From the NCBI GenBank assembly GCA_963691875.1, contig OY829846.1, positions 4,064,001-4,128,000 of the forward strand: a DNA stretch of 64,000 nt, in the 5' to 3' direction. Below the pieces are notes generated by a model. The model saw only the letters and a program-made list of their open reading frames with translations, was not told the DNA's origin and made no database searches. This stretch comes from Aureliella sp. (GTDB taxonomy: Bacteria; Planctomycetota; Planctomycetia; Pirellulales; Pirellulaceae). Positions 29,163-38,235 of this stretch are shown here, piece by piece (position 1 is the stretch's first letter; every line of letters starts with the position of its first letter). Made by a program: the position numbers and the translations under genes.

Positions 29163-30413
29163 TTAGACTTCCAGGCCGGCCGCAGGTACTGGGAATGACT
29201 CCGCAAACTCGGCGATCTCGGCACGGATGGACTCTAGCTCGGCCGAGGCATCTTTTGCTTGCAATGCTTGTGCGATCCACACAGCGATGCGTCGCATTTC
29301 GGATTCGCCCATGCCACGAGTGGTCAATGCTGGTGTTCCGATGCGAATGCCGCTTGGGTCCATCGGCTTACGCTCGTCGAAGGGAATCATGTTCATGTTG
29401 ACCGTGATCCCGCAGGCATCCAATGTCGACTCTGCGATTTTGCCACTGAGGCCAACGCTGGTGACGTCGACCAACATCAGGTGATTGTCGGTACCGCCGC
29501 TGATCAAACGCATTCCTTGACTCTGCAGCTCCTCAGCCATTGCTTTCGCGTTATTGATCACCGCTTGCCCGTATTCTTTGAAGGCAGGTTGGAGCGCTTC
29601 GCCGAAACAGACAGCTTTTCCTGCAATAACGTGCATCAAAGGTCCGCCTTGCAGACCGGGGAAAACAGCGCTATTGATCGACTTAATGTATTCCTTCTTG
29701 CACAGGACCAAACCGGCTCGTGGCCCACGCAGAGTTTTGTGAGTCGTCGTCGTCACATAGTCTGCGACCGGAACTGGGTTGTGGTGCACACCTGCTGCGA
29801 CCAAGCCAGCATAATGAGCCATGTCGACGAGCAGCTTGGCTCCGCACTCGTTGGCGATATCCGCGAATTTACTGTGATCGATTTCCCTTGGGTAAGCACT
29901 TGCACCGGCCACGATCAGTTTGGGTTTATGTTCGCTAGCTAAGGCGGCGACTTGATCAAAATCAATTCGATGCGTCTCGCTGTCGACTCCGTAAGCCACG
30001 AAGTTATAGAGCTTTCCGGAGATATTCAGTCGCATTCCATGGGTGAGGTGACCACCCTGGGCCAGATCGAGCCCGAGAACGGTGTCGCCTGGATTCAGGC
30101 AGGAGACGTAGACGGCTGTGTTCGCCTGAGAGCCGCTATGAGGCTGAACATTGGCAGCTTCAGCTCCGAACAACTCACAGGCTCGCTCGATGGCGATCCT
30201 TTCGACGACATCAACGTGTTCGCAGCCGCCGTAGTAGCGTCGTCCCGGATAACCTTCGGCGTACTTGTTCGTCAGCACACTTCCCACGGCCTGCATGACC
30301 GCTGGCGAGGTGTAGTTTTCGCTGGCGATCAGTTCCAGTCCGTCTTGCTGCCGAGTAGACTCAGCTTCCATCGCGGACCAAATGTCAGGATCCTGCGTCG
30401 CTAAGATATTCAT
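29163..30413 (-). CDS. glyA: Serine hydroxymethyltransferase
   Basis: [48 protein letters not shown]. Confidence 0.98.
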   Translation of the reverse strand: MNILATQDPDIWSAMEAESTRQQDGLELIASENYTSPAVMQAVGSVLTNKYAEGYPGRRYYGGCEHVDVVERIAIERACELFGAEAANVQPHSGSQANTAVYVSCLNPGDTVLGLDLAQGGHLTHGMRLNISGKLYNFVAYGVDSETHRIDFDQVAALASEHKPKLIVAGASAYPREIDHSKFADIANECGAKLLVDMAHYAGLVAAGVHHNPVPVADYVTTTTHKTLRGPRAGLVLCKKEYIKSINSAVFPGLQGGPLMHVIAGKAVCFGEALQPAFKEYGQAVINNAKAMAEELQSQGMRLISGGTDNHLMLVDVTSVGLSGKIAESTLDACGITVNMNMIPFDERKPMDPSGIRIGTPALTTRGMGESEMRRIAVWIAQALQAKDASAELESIRAEIAEFAESFPVPAAGLEV

Positions 30414-30516
30414 AATTAGGAATTCAAATCAAAGATCGATTGTTCTCAGGCGAAGAAACGTCTTCGCAGTCGAAAGGAACCACTTCCACTCAGCGGAAAA
30501 AAACACGCCGAAAACA

Positions 30517-30573
30517 GATTGTCCGTAGCCTGCCGAGTATCGTCAACGACAGCTCGGCAGGCTGCGGACAATC
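30517..30573. repeat. Long near-perfect inverted repeat in the divergent glyA/ABC intergenic region
   Basis: GATTGTCCGTAGCCTGCCGAG ... CTCGGCAGGCTGCGGACAATC, a 21-bp stem with one T-G pair. Confidence 0.85.
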
Positions 30574-30672
30574 ATTGTCCCCATTTCAGGAAAATAGGCA
30601 CTTTGCCAGTAAGATAGCTCAACATAGGCATTACCTTGCAAAGCCTGACCGTAACCAAACTGAAAATACAAC

Positions 30673-31644
30673 GTGACCGCCAAGAAAATCATCCAGCTTG
30701 AAGGGCTTACCAAGCGCTACGGCTCTCGAATGGCATTGAATAATATCACTCTGGACATTGAGCCCGGCGTGAGTGGGCTTCTTGGACCGAACGGCTGCGG
30801 CAAGAGCACCATGATCAAATCCGTGTTAGGGCTGTTGAAAATACAGGCTGGGTCGGTGCGCGTGATGGGCTATCAGTTGCCGCACGAGCTTCGCAAGATT
30901 CGCGACGTAGTTGGCTATTTGCCTGAGGACGATTCCTTTATTGCAGGCCTAAGTGGCATTGAGTGTGTGACTTACATGGCCAAGCTTTCCGGGTTACCGG
31001 GAGCAGAGGCTTTGCGCAGAAGCCATGAAGTGATGGATTTTGCTGATATCGGCCAAGAGCGTTATCGCAATGTTGAAACATACTCGACGGGGATGCGCCA
31101 AAAACTCAAGTTCGCGCAGGCGATTGTGCATGATCCTGAGCTGCTGATTCTCGACGAACCAACATCGGGCTTAGATCCTGAACAGCGCACGTCAATGCTC
31201 CGCAAGATCAACAACCTAGCAACCCAGCATGGCAAGTCCGTTTTGATCTGTACGCATATTCTGCACGATGTCCGTACGGTTTGCGAGCACATTGTGATCA
31301 TGTCCAAGGGCGAGATCAGGCTCAAGGATACCCTTGAGAATTTGAGCCGTCCTTCGACAAGTGGTGTCTTTGTGTGGGTCGAGGCGCGAACGCCGGCTAC
31401 AGTCGAAGATAAGTATCCAGATGCAACGAATTTCTTAGGTAGCCTACGGGCAACGAACGTCGAAGCAGAATTGCGTGAGAAAGGGAGTGTCTGGGTCAGC
31501 AACGCGTCAGGCGATAGTACAAGACAGATTTGGCAAGCCGCTTCAGCGGCCAACGTTTTCATTCAGCAGTTGACGCCGGCGAAGAATTCGCTGGAAGAAC
31601 TGTTCTTCAACACGGTTCAGGAGGCAGAACGTGCCACTGCATGA
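30673..31644 (+). CDS. ABC exporter ATP-binding protein
   Basis: GPNGCGKST, YSTGMRQK, LILDEPTSGLDP, TH. Confidence 0.95.
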   Translation: MTAKKIIQLEGLTKRYGSRMALNNITLDIEPGVSGLLGPNGCGKSTMIKSVLGLLKIQAGSVRVMGYQLPHELRKIRDVVGYLPEDDSFIAGLSGIECVTYMAKLSGLPGAEALRRSHEVMDFADIGQERYRNVETYSTGMRQKLKFAQAIVHDPELLILDEPTSGLDPEQRTSMLRKINNLATQHGKSVLICTHILHDVRTVCEHIVIMSKGEIRLKDTLENLSRPSTSGVFVWVEARTPATVEDKYPDATNFLGSLRATNVEAELREKGSVWVSNASGDSTRQIWQAASAANVFIQQLTPAKNSLEELFFNTVQEAERATA

Positions 31645-32644
31645 CGTAGGCTACCGCGGGTGGGAGGGCGAGAAATCCTCTGACCGAAACCGCTGGTGGA
31701 TCATTGCGACGACAGGTGTCCAACTCGCCTTTCGCTCGACCTGGCTCAGTCGCACATTGGTGCTCTCTTGGGTGCCAGCGATCATCGTAGGTTTGTTCTT
31801 TTTTTTCTTCGAGCAGTCCATCGTGAACCCGCAATGGCGCAGCTTCATGCAGGCTGTTGTGATCGCTGCGGGAACTTCGCCCGAGTTGGCTCAGAAGGTG
31901 ATACTTGATCCGGAGTCCGCTCGACACGAGGTGTGGTCATCGCTGATCCTCATTTTCTTCCGCTACCCGCAAGCGGTACTCATGTTGTTGGTGGTGGCCA
32001 TAGTGTCGACGCGGCTTATCTCAGCTGATTTGCGAAATCGCGGCTACTTGTTGTACTTTTCTAGACCACTTACTCCGTCTAGCTATGTCTTGGGTAAAGC
32101 TTTTGTAGTGTGGGCATTCATGGCGATGATTATCACACTACCAGCATTGATTCTGTTTACAGTGGGGCTCGCCTTGTCACCAGATTGGAAGGTGATTTTC
32201 GACACCTGGGATCTACCGCTGAGAATCGTTCTGGCATCGGCAGTGCTGATGATTCCGGTTTCCTCCGTGGCTCTCGCTTGCTCTGCTCTGACGAGCGAAA
32301 CTCGTTATGCAGTGTTTAGCTGGTTCTCCTTCTGGGTTGTTGGTTGGGTCTCTTACTGGGTTATGTACGTCGCTGAAATGCAGCGGCAGTTCGGAGGTGG
32401 CGGTCGTCGCAGAAGAATACGAGGTGGACGTGGGATGAGTGAGGATGATATTTCCGATGCTCTGTTCTATACAGAGTGGGAGATTATTTCACCGTTCCAC
32501 GTTCTGGGTCGTGTTCAGCAGTATGTATTCGGGCTCTACCCGGAAGATCGGCCAATCTGGCATTTCATGACCGTACTGTTTCTGGCGACGCTTGTCAGTT
32601 TCTGGTTTGTTCGTCGCCAAGTCGTGTCGAGGTTGCGTGCCTAA
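31631..32644 (+). CDS. ABC-2 type exporter permease
   Basis: Multiple TM helices and the ISADLRNRGYLLYFSRPL motif. Overlaps its neighbours. Confidence 0.85.
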   Translation: MPLHDVGYRGWEGEKSSDRNRWWIIATTGVQLAFRSTWLSRTLVLSWVPAIIVGLFFFFFEQSIVNPQWRSFMQAVVIAAGTSPELAQKVILDPESARHEVWSSLILIFFRYPQAVLMLLVVAIVSTRLISADLRNRGYLLYFSRPLTPSSYVLGKAFVVWAFMAMIITLPALILFTVGLALSPDWKVIFDTWDLPLRIVLASAVLMIPVSSVALACSALTSETRYAVFSWFSFWVVGWVSYWVMYVAEMQRQFGGGGRRRRIRGGRGMSEDDISDALFYTEWEIISPFHVLGRVQQYVFGLYPEDRPIWHFMTVLFLATLVSFWFVRRQVVSRLRA

Positions 32645-33603
32645 TGGATTCCGAAAATATAATCTTGAAATTGAGCCAAGTTTCGCGCTTCTACGGCACT
32701 GTAATTGGCGTCGGCGATATCAATCTTCACTTACCGCCCGGAGCCTACGGGCTGGTCGGACCTAATGGTTCCGGCAAGACAACGTTCATCAACTTGATTA
32801 CCGGTGTGCTGGCTTCCTCTCTTGGAAGCGTTTCTGTCTTTGGTAAGAATCCGTTTCGTGATCGTGATGTACTTAAGAGGATCGGTCTCTGTCCAGCAAG
32901 TGATATTCTCTATCCCAAAGTCACGGCGCTCCAGTGGGTCGAGTATCTAACTGGCTTGCATGGATTTTCCGCAGCAGAAGCACGCGAAAGAGCGATTCAA
33001 AGTCTTATTCGGGTCGGAATGGAAGCCAATATGCGTAGGCCGATCGGGAGTTATTCGCTCGGTATGCGTCAACGGACAAAGTTAGCTCAAGCCACAGCTC
33101 ACGATCCAGATCTGTTGATTTTGGATGAGCCTTTTAACGGCTTGGATCCAATAGGGCGTCACGAGCTCACCGCTTTTTTGAAAGAGTGGGTCGAGAAAGG
33201 CAGAAGCCTCATCCTGGCTAGCCATATTTTGCATGAAGTTGAAGCTATTACGACGTCATTCTTACTCATCCACGGAGGCCGTCTATTGGCCAGTGGTGAT
33301 GCATCCGAAGTGCGTTCGATGCTTTACGGATTTCCGGTTGAGATAGTGCTCGGTGGAACGGGACTTCGTCAACTTGCCCAATCGCTTGCGGAAGAGATGT
33401 GGGTCCGAGGTATAGATATCTCGGGCTCAGGTGACGAATTGCGAGTGCAGGTGAGCGATAAGACAGCGTTCCAAACTCGAATCATTGAGTTAGCCAATCA
33501 TCCAGAAATTCATATCGATGCAGTGGAATCAGAGGAGGGTGGATTGGAAGCCGCATTCGATTTACTGCTTAGGGTGCATCGAGGTGACTTGGCGGTCCAA
33601 TAA
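32644..33603 (+). CDS. ABC exporter ATP-binding protein
   Basis: The ATG overlaps the upstream TAA (TAATG). GPNGSGKTT, YSLGMRQR, LILDEPFNGLDP, SH. Confidence 0.95.
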   Translation: MDSENIILKLSQVSRFYGTVIGVGDINLHLPPGAYGLVGPNGSGKTTFINLITGVLASSLGSVSVFGKNPFRDRDVLKRIGLCPASDILYPKVTALQWVEYLTGLHGFSAAEARERAIQSLIRVGMEANMRRPIGSYSLGMRQRTKLAQATAHDPDLLILDEPFNGLDPIGRHELTAFLKEWVEKGRSLILASHILHEVEAITTSFLLIHGGRLLASGDASEVRSMLYGFPVEIVLGGTGLRQLAQSLAEEMWVRGIDISGSGDELRVQVSDKTAFQTRIIELANHPEIHIDAVESEEGGLEAAFDLLLRVHRGDLAVQ

Positions 33604-33660
33604 TACACGTCTCCAGTTTTTCGGTAATAACGAGCCCTTTCTGCTGACCAGATGTGACAG

Positions 33661-34494
33661 ATGATACAAGCTATTTCTCACGTGTTGCGATTCGAGTTCC
33701 AGAGAACCCTTAACCCAGCGCGGGTGATGATTTGGCTAGCGCTATGCCTTTTCCCAGTTTTGATGGTTGGTGCTCTCAGACTCCGATCCGATTCCATTGC
33801 AGTGACCAGCACTATCCAGGACGAGTTTGGGAATGAGACGATTGAAACGCGTGGTGGGATCCCTGACCGAGGAATGGTGATCACCAGCTACGTCATGGTG
33901 CCACAGATTGCATGCATGCTGGGGCTGCTGGTCTGGGTTACTCCTGCGGTCGGGGCCGAACTCGAGGCGCAAACCTGGATCCACCTTGTAATGCGACCGC
34001 ATGGACGTGTAGCTGTAGCCATTGGAAAGTACCTAGTAGCCTTCCTTTGGACTGCGTCCTTTGCCGTAGGCAGTTCGATATTTATTGGGATATTGAGCGG
34101 GGTGGAGGACCCATTTGAATTGACATTTGCCCTCGCTGTGATCTCAGTGTTAGCTGCAATGAGCTATGCAGCACTATATTTGCTGATTGGGGCTGTGTTC
34201 TACAAAAGGGCTTCTATTGTCGCGGTGATCTACTCACTTGCCCTGGAAGGACTCGTTTCATTCATTCCGGCGACAATCAACCAGGCGTCGGTTAGCTTCC
34301 GACTCCGAACGCTTATGTCGAACTGGACATCATTCAGAGAAGGCTGGGAAGATAACGAATACACGGCACTGATCTTTGGAACAGAGGCACCGTGGTTGAC
34401 CATCATGATTTTGATTGGCTACAGTGCGACGCTCCTTGCAACGGCTTGCTTCGTCATTCGCACACGCGAGTACCCGGTGCAAGTCGAAGCGTAA
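33661..34494 (+). CDS. ABC-2 type exporter permease
   Basis: About six TM helices and ELEAQTWIHLVMRP...GKYL. Confidence 0.85.
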   Translation: MIQAISHVLRFEFQRTLNPARVMIWLALCLFPVLMVGALRLRSDSIAVTSTIQDEFGNETIETRGGIPDRGMVITSYVMVPQIACMLGLLVWVTPAVGAELEAQTWIHLVMRPHGRVAVAIGKYLVAFLWTASFAVGSSIFIGILSGVEDPFELTFALAVISVLAAMSYAALYLLIGAVFYKRASIVAVIYSLALEGLVSFIPATINQASVSFRLRTLMSNWTSFREGWEDNEYTALIFGTEAPWLTIMILIGYSATLLATACFVIRTREYPVQVEA

Positions 34495-34607
34495 GCGGAA
34501 CCAAAGCAGGTCCACTGTCAGGTGCTGGCAGAAGATGGCCAAACGGTCAACAAACGTGTGCTGGATATTAGGACTCATTCGATAGTTTGCACTTCATACT
34601 TGTATTC

Positions 34608-35597
34608 TCAAGCTGCGCGATGCACGGTCAATTCTGGTGCGGCATCTTCAGTTGGTCCAGATCGGTGGACTTCACGAATAGCAAACGGACGACGTTCATT
34701 GCGGCGATAGTAGAGTCGCGTGTTGGCTTCGCCCAGCAATCCCGTGCTGAACATCTGCACGCTGACGATACTCATCAGCGTTCCAAGAATCAGCAATGGA
34801 TTACCCGTCATATCAAAGTTGTAAGCCAACTTCATCCCAACCGTCGCAAACAGCATCGTGGCACCAACTGCCAGGAATCCAAACGCGAGACGACCGAAGA
34901 GTTTCATCGGGCTGCTGTAGTAGTCCAGCATGTATTTGACGGTTAGCAAGTCGAGCACAACTCGTAAAGTCCGCGACAAGCCGTACTTGGTTTGTCCAAA
35001 CCGACGCGGATGATGTGTCGTTACCATCTCGAAGCATTGCGCTCCCCGCCAGTGCGCTAGAATTGGAATGAAGCGGTGCATCTCTCCGTAAAGTTCAAGC
35101 TCCTCCGCGATTTCACGACGCATAGCTTTAAGCGTGCAACCCAGGTCGTGGATAGGAAATCGTGTGACCTTCGAAATGAGCCAGTTAGCGATTTTGCTCG
35201 GGATTTTCCGAGTGACCAAAGTATCTTTGCGGTTCTTTCGCCAGCCGTGAACTAAGTCGTAGCCTTCGTCGAGCTTCGCGAGCATGCGAGGAATGTCCCT
35301 TGGCTCGTTCTGCAGATCGCCGTCCAGGGTGACAAGGTATTCTCCGCGAGCTTGCTCGAGACCGGCTTGCATAGCGGCGGTTTGACCGTAGTTTTTTCGA
35401 AAATGAACGACGACAATTCGCGTGTCTTTCGAGGCAAGTTCGTTCATCAACTCCTTCGAACCATCTTTGGAGCCATCATTGATCAGGAGTAACTCCGATT
35501 CGCCTTCGAGCTGGTCCATTACCCGTCCGACTTGCTCGACAAGCAAAGGCAGGTTTTCAACTTCGTTGTAAATCGGAACAATGATGCTGGTTCGCAT
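34608..35597 (-). CDS. GT2 polyprenol-phosphate glycosyltransferase (ArnC/DPM1-like)
   Basis: [46 protein letters not shown], two C-terminal TM helices. Confidence 0.92.
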   Translation of the reverse strand: MRTSIIVPIYNEVENLPLLVEQVGRVMDQLEGESELLLINDGSKDGSKELMNELASKDTRIVVVHFRKNYGQTAAMQAGLEQARGEYLVTLDGDLQNEPRDIPRMLAKLDEGYDLVHGWRKNRKDTLVTRKIPSKIANWLISKVTRFPIHDLGCTLKAMRREIAEELELYGEMHRFIPILAHWRGAQCFEMVTTHHPRRFGQTKYGLSRTLRVVLDLLTVKYMLDYYSSPMKLFGRLAFGFLAVGATMLFATVGMKLAYNFDMTGNPLLILGTLMSIVSVQMFSTGLLGEANTRLYYRRNERRPFAIREVHRSGPTEDAAPELTVHRAA

Positions 35598-35845
35598 GAT
35601 GTGATCAATCTGACTCTCCGTTAGCAGAGTCGTGAGTAACGCGAGCGGAGAGGGCGTTTTCCCCGACGCGTGGTTACGATCGGCGGTTTCAAATTCAAAT
35701 GCTTTATTACAAGCACAAGGCGCAAACAAATGGGTCTTTACGCGCTCGACTGATGGACTTGCAGAGGTTACAAAACTCCGTTAAGCGGCTGCAATGTAGA
35801 ATGTGATTGCTAGCTAAGTAATTCTGTCCGAAATGTTTCTTTTCC

Positions 35846-36871
35846 ATGTCTGATCCATCCTCTCGATACTCACGCCAAGAACGCTTTGGGCCCATCGGCG
35901 AGGACGGGCAGAAGAGGATCAGCCAGAGTCGGGCAGTCGTCATCGGCTGTGGTGCACTCGGATCGATGATTGCCGAACGCTTAGCCCGGGCTGGAGTTGG
36001 TTTCGTGCGTCTCGTCGATCGGGATTGGGTTGAGCTTTCCAATCTTCAACGTCAGACGCTGTTTGACGAAGAGGATGCAGCAGAGGCGAGGCCGAAAGCT
36101 GTGGCAGCCCAGCAAAAGCTTGCCAGAATCAATTCGGCAGTTGAAATAGAAGCTCGTGTCGAGGACGTGGACTACCGCAGCATCGTTGAGCTCGCCGGTG
36201 ACTGCGATCTCATTCTTGACGGCACGGACAACTTCGAAACGCGGTTTCTCGTCAACGACTTCTGTGTACGAGAAAAGAAACCTTGGATACACGCTGGATG
36301 TCTTGGCGCTAGCGGTCAGATTCTCAGTATCGTTCCTGGAAAGAGTGCCTGCTTCCGCTGTTTGGTTCCAGACTTGCCGCCCCGCGATGGCATTGAGACT
36401 TGCGATAGTGCGGGAGTGCTCGGATCCGCGATAGGTATCATCGCCAGCTGGCAGGCAGGGGAGGCGCTCAAAGTGCTATCCGGCAATGAGCAGAGCTTGT
36501 GTCCAGGTTTGATCGTACTCGATACTTGGAATAACGATTGCCGCATTGTCGATCTGCGGCGAAGCGAAAACTGTCCGTGTTGTGTTCGCGGCGATTATCC
36601 GTTTCTCGATGGCGAGATCCGCACCACAGTCTCGATCCTTTGCGGCAAGAACGCGGTGCAGCTCGAGAGTCCCCAGGCCGCCGGAGAGAGTCTTGATTCT
36701 ATCGCTCGCAAAGTCGCAGAACAGGGTGAGGTGAAGCAGAACGCCTACTTCGTCAAACTTGCGTTGCCGGAACACCAGCTCACCATTTTTCGCGGAGGGC
36801 GTACGATCGTCGAAGGCACTACTTGCGAAAAAAAAGCCCGAAACATCGTCGCGAGGTTGCTTGGTAGTTGA
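35846..36871 (+). CDS. ThiF/MoeB-family adenylyltransferase
   Basis: RYSRQ, IGCGALG, DRDWVELSNLQRQ, DGTDNFETR, CFRC, CPCC Zn sites. Confidence 0.93.
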   Translation: MSDPSSRYSRQERFGPIGEDGQKRISQSRAVVIGCGALGSMIAERLARAGVGFVRLVDRDWVELSNLQRQTLFDEEDAAEARPKAVAAQQKLARINSAVEIEARVEDVDYRSIVELAGDCDLILDGTDNFETRFLVNDFCVREKKPWIHAGCLGASGQILSIVPGKSACFRCLVPDLPPRDGIETCDSAGVLGSAIGIIASWQAGEALKVLSGNEQSLCPGLIVLDTWNNDCRIVDLRRSENCPCCVRGDYPFLDGEIRTTVSILCGKNAVQLESPQAAGESLDSIARKVAEQGEVKQNAYFVKLALPEHQLTIFRGGRTIVEGTTCEKKARNIVARLLGS

Positions 36872-36902
36872 GCTTGGTCTGAAGCCGGATTTAGGACGAA
36901 GC

Positions 36903-36966
36903 CTAGCCGAAGTCGTCAAGACTTTGCGCCCAGCAACGTCCGGCGTGGCATAAGAGTCTGCTCTTG
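36903..36966 (+). repeat. REP-like family A (36903-36927) and family B (36945-36966) copies
   Basis: CTAG-CCGAAGTC-GTCAA-GACTTTGC and GTGG-CATAAGAG-TCTG-CTCTTG between convergent genes. Confidence 0.65.
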
Positions 36967-37068
36967 CTCCGGAACCGTGACAGCGCTCCGCTCGTTCGCT
37001 GCCTACGAGGGGAGCATTGCTCCGGACTCGCTGCCATGTCCAATACGAGCGGTACGTCTGCATGCAAT

Positions 37069-37344
37069 CTAAACCGCGTGCTTCTCAAGCTCTGCTTCCG
37101 CTTCGGCATCGCCGGACAGTAGGTCGTCCAGATCGATGGTCACCGTTGCAGCGCGACGCAAAGGCACGACTCGGGGCTTCGGTTCTTCTTCCTCTTTACG
37201 AGCAAGTTCGCCACGGAAAATCTTCACGTCGGCGGGCGCCTCAATTCCAACGGTGACTCGATTGCCCGAGATCTTCGAGACAACCAAAGTTACGTTGTCA
37301 CCGATAACCAGCTTCTCGCCTTCTCTTCTACTTAGCACTAACAT
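37069..37344 (-). CDS. csrA: Carbon storage regulator CsrA family RNA-binding protein
   Basis: MLVLSRREGEKLVIGDNVT...VTVGIEAPADVKIFRGEL. AAGGAGG SD. Confidence 0.95.
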   Translation of the reverse strand: MLVLSRREGEKLVIGDNVTLVVSKISGNRVTVGIEAPADVKIFRGELARKEEEEPKPRVVPLRRAATVTIDLDDLLSGDAEAEAELEKHAV

Positions 37345-37469
37345 CTTGGACCTCCTTGAGTGTTGCGGCTCTTTCTTCTGCTAAACTATAGCGCTTCAAA
37401 AAGACCCTTCTTGGTAAAAGACTCCATTTGCATTAGAAAAGTTCAATGAGTCCTGGACTCAATCCGATC

Positions 37470-37485
37470 GCAACCAGCGTGCCAG
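37470..37485 (-). promoter_or_regulatory. Sigma-54 (-24/-12) promoter of csrA
   Basis: Minus strand CTGGCACGCTGGTTGC: TGGCACG-N4-TTGC with exact GG-N10-GC spacing, about 125 nt upstream of the csrA ATG. Confidence 0.8.
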
Positions 37486-38235
37486 TCACGATTAAAATGC
37501 GAACCGAACAGCTTTTCTTTTCCCTAACGAAAAATGGATGTCTTGAGTTCGAAAACGCCACAGCTTTTCCCAAATCGCTAAGCCAAATAGCTCATGTGTT
37601 GCTAGCAATGGCAGGGTTAGTTGGATCAGTTTGCAGCGAGATGCGTTGGAGCAGTCCGTTTGCGTTTTCGATCCGCGTTGAAAGTAGTGCTGCACCAAGT
37701 CTTGAAGTTTGAAGGCGGAAGGCAAGTTTTCTAGTGGGCATTTGAGCCAACCTTGATAACTACTGGGTTCGTCCTTCTGCGGCTTCAGCCAATGAAAACT
37801 AGGTTCAAAACAGCTGACTCTCAACTGCTAGACCATTAGGCGTTATCACTAAGACACCTTTGGTCTCTCGTTTGGAGATGCACCAAGAAAGTCTCAAAAA
37901 TATTGCCAGGCTAGCAATTCGCCCCTCGTTCGCGTCTGATTTCTATTGCTAGCAAAACACTCTGCTGGAGGGCAATAGCGATTACACAAAGAAAGACGAT
38001 AGAAGAAGCGTTGCCTTACAGGCTGTAAAAAGAAAACTTGGAAAGTTTTTCAAAAGAGTTGGAGTTTTGTACATTCGCGTACGACGCATTGAGAATGCCA
38101 GTATTAACGCGATTTGGCCAAAGTAAGCCGATGCCTGCTACTAGGTGTTGATCGAGGAATCGAGATCAGCTGATGTTAGTGAGCCAACAGGACTCACGGA
38201 TTTGGGCGGCGTGCTTGTATTTGTTGAGGGCAGCA

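Noticed and set aside
30421..30620. ZMP/ZTP (pfl) riboswitch upstream of glyA
   Set aside because: Only partial look-alikes on the minus strand (ACTGGCAAAG, CGCCTGAG). The P1/P2 stems and the GCCTGGGC pseudoknot partner are not present in the right arrangement.
32476..32643. N-terminal extensions of track ORFs (also 23803, 29224, 35729, 41079, 60118)
   Set aside because: Downstream ATGs with SD sequences, coupling or signal peptides fit better.
35846..36871. ThiF/E1 enzyme as part of a CBASS/Bil-type defence or RiPP system
   Set aside because: A plain MoeB/ThiF architecture with no E2, JAB, ubiquitin-like, cyclase or precursor gene nearby.
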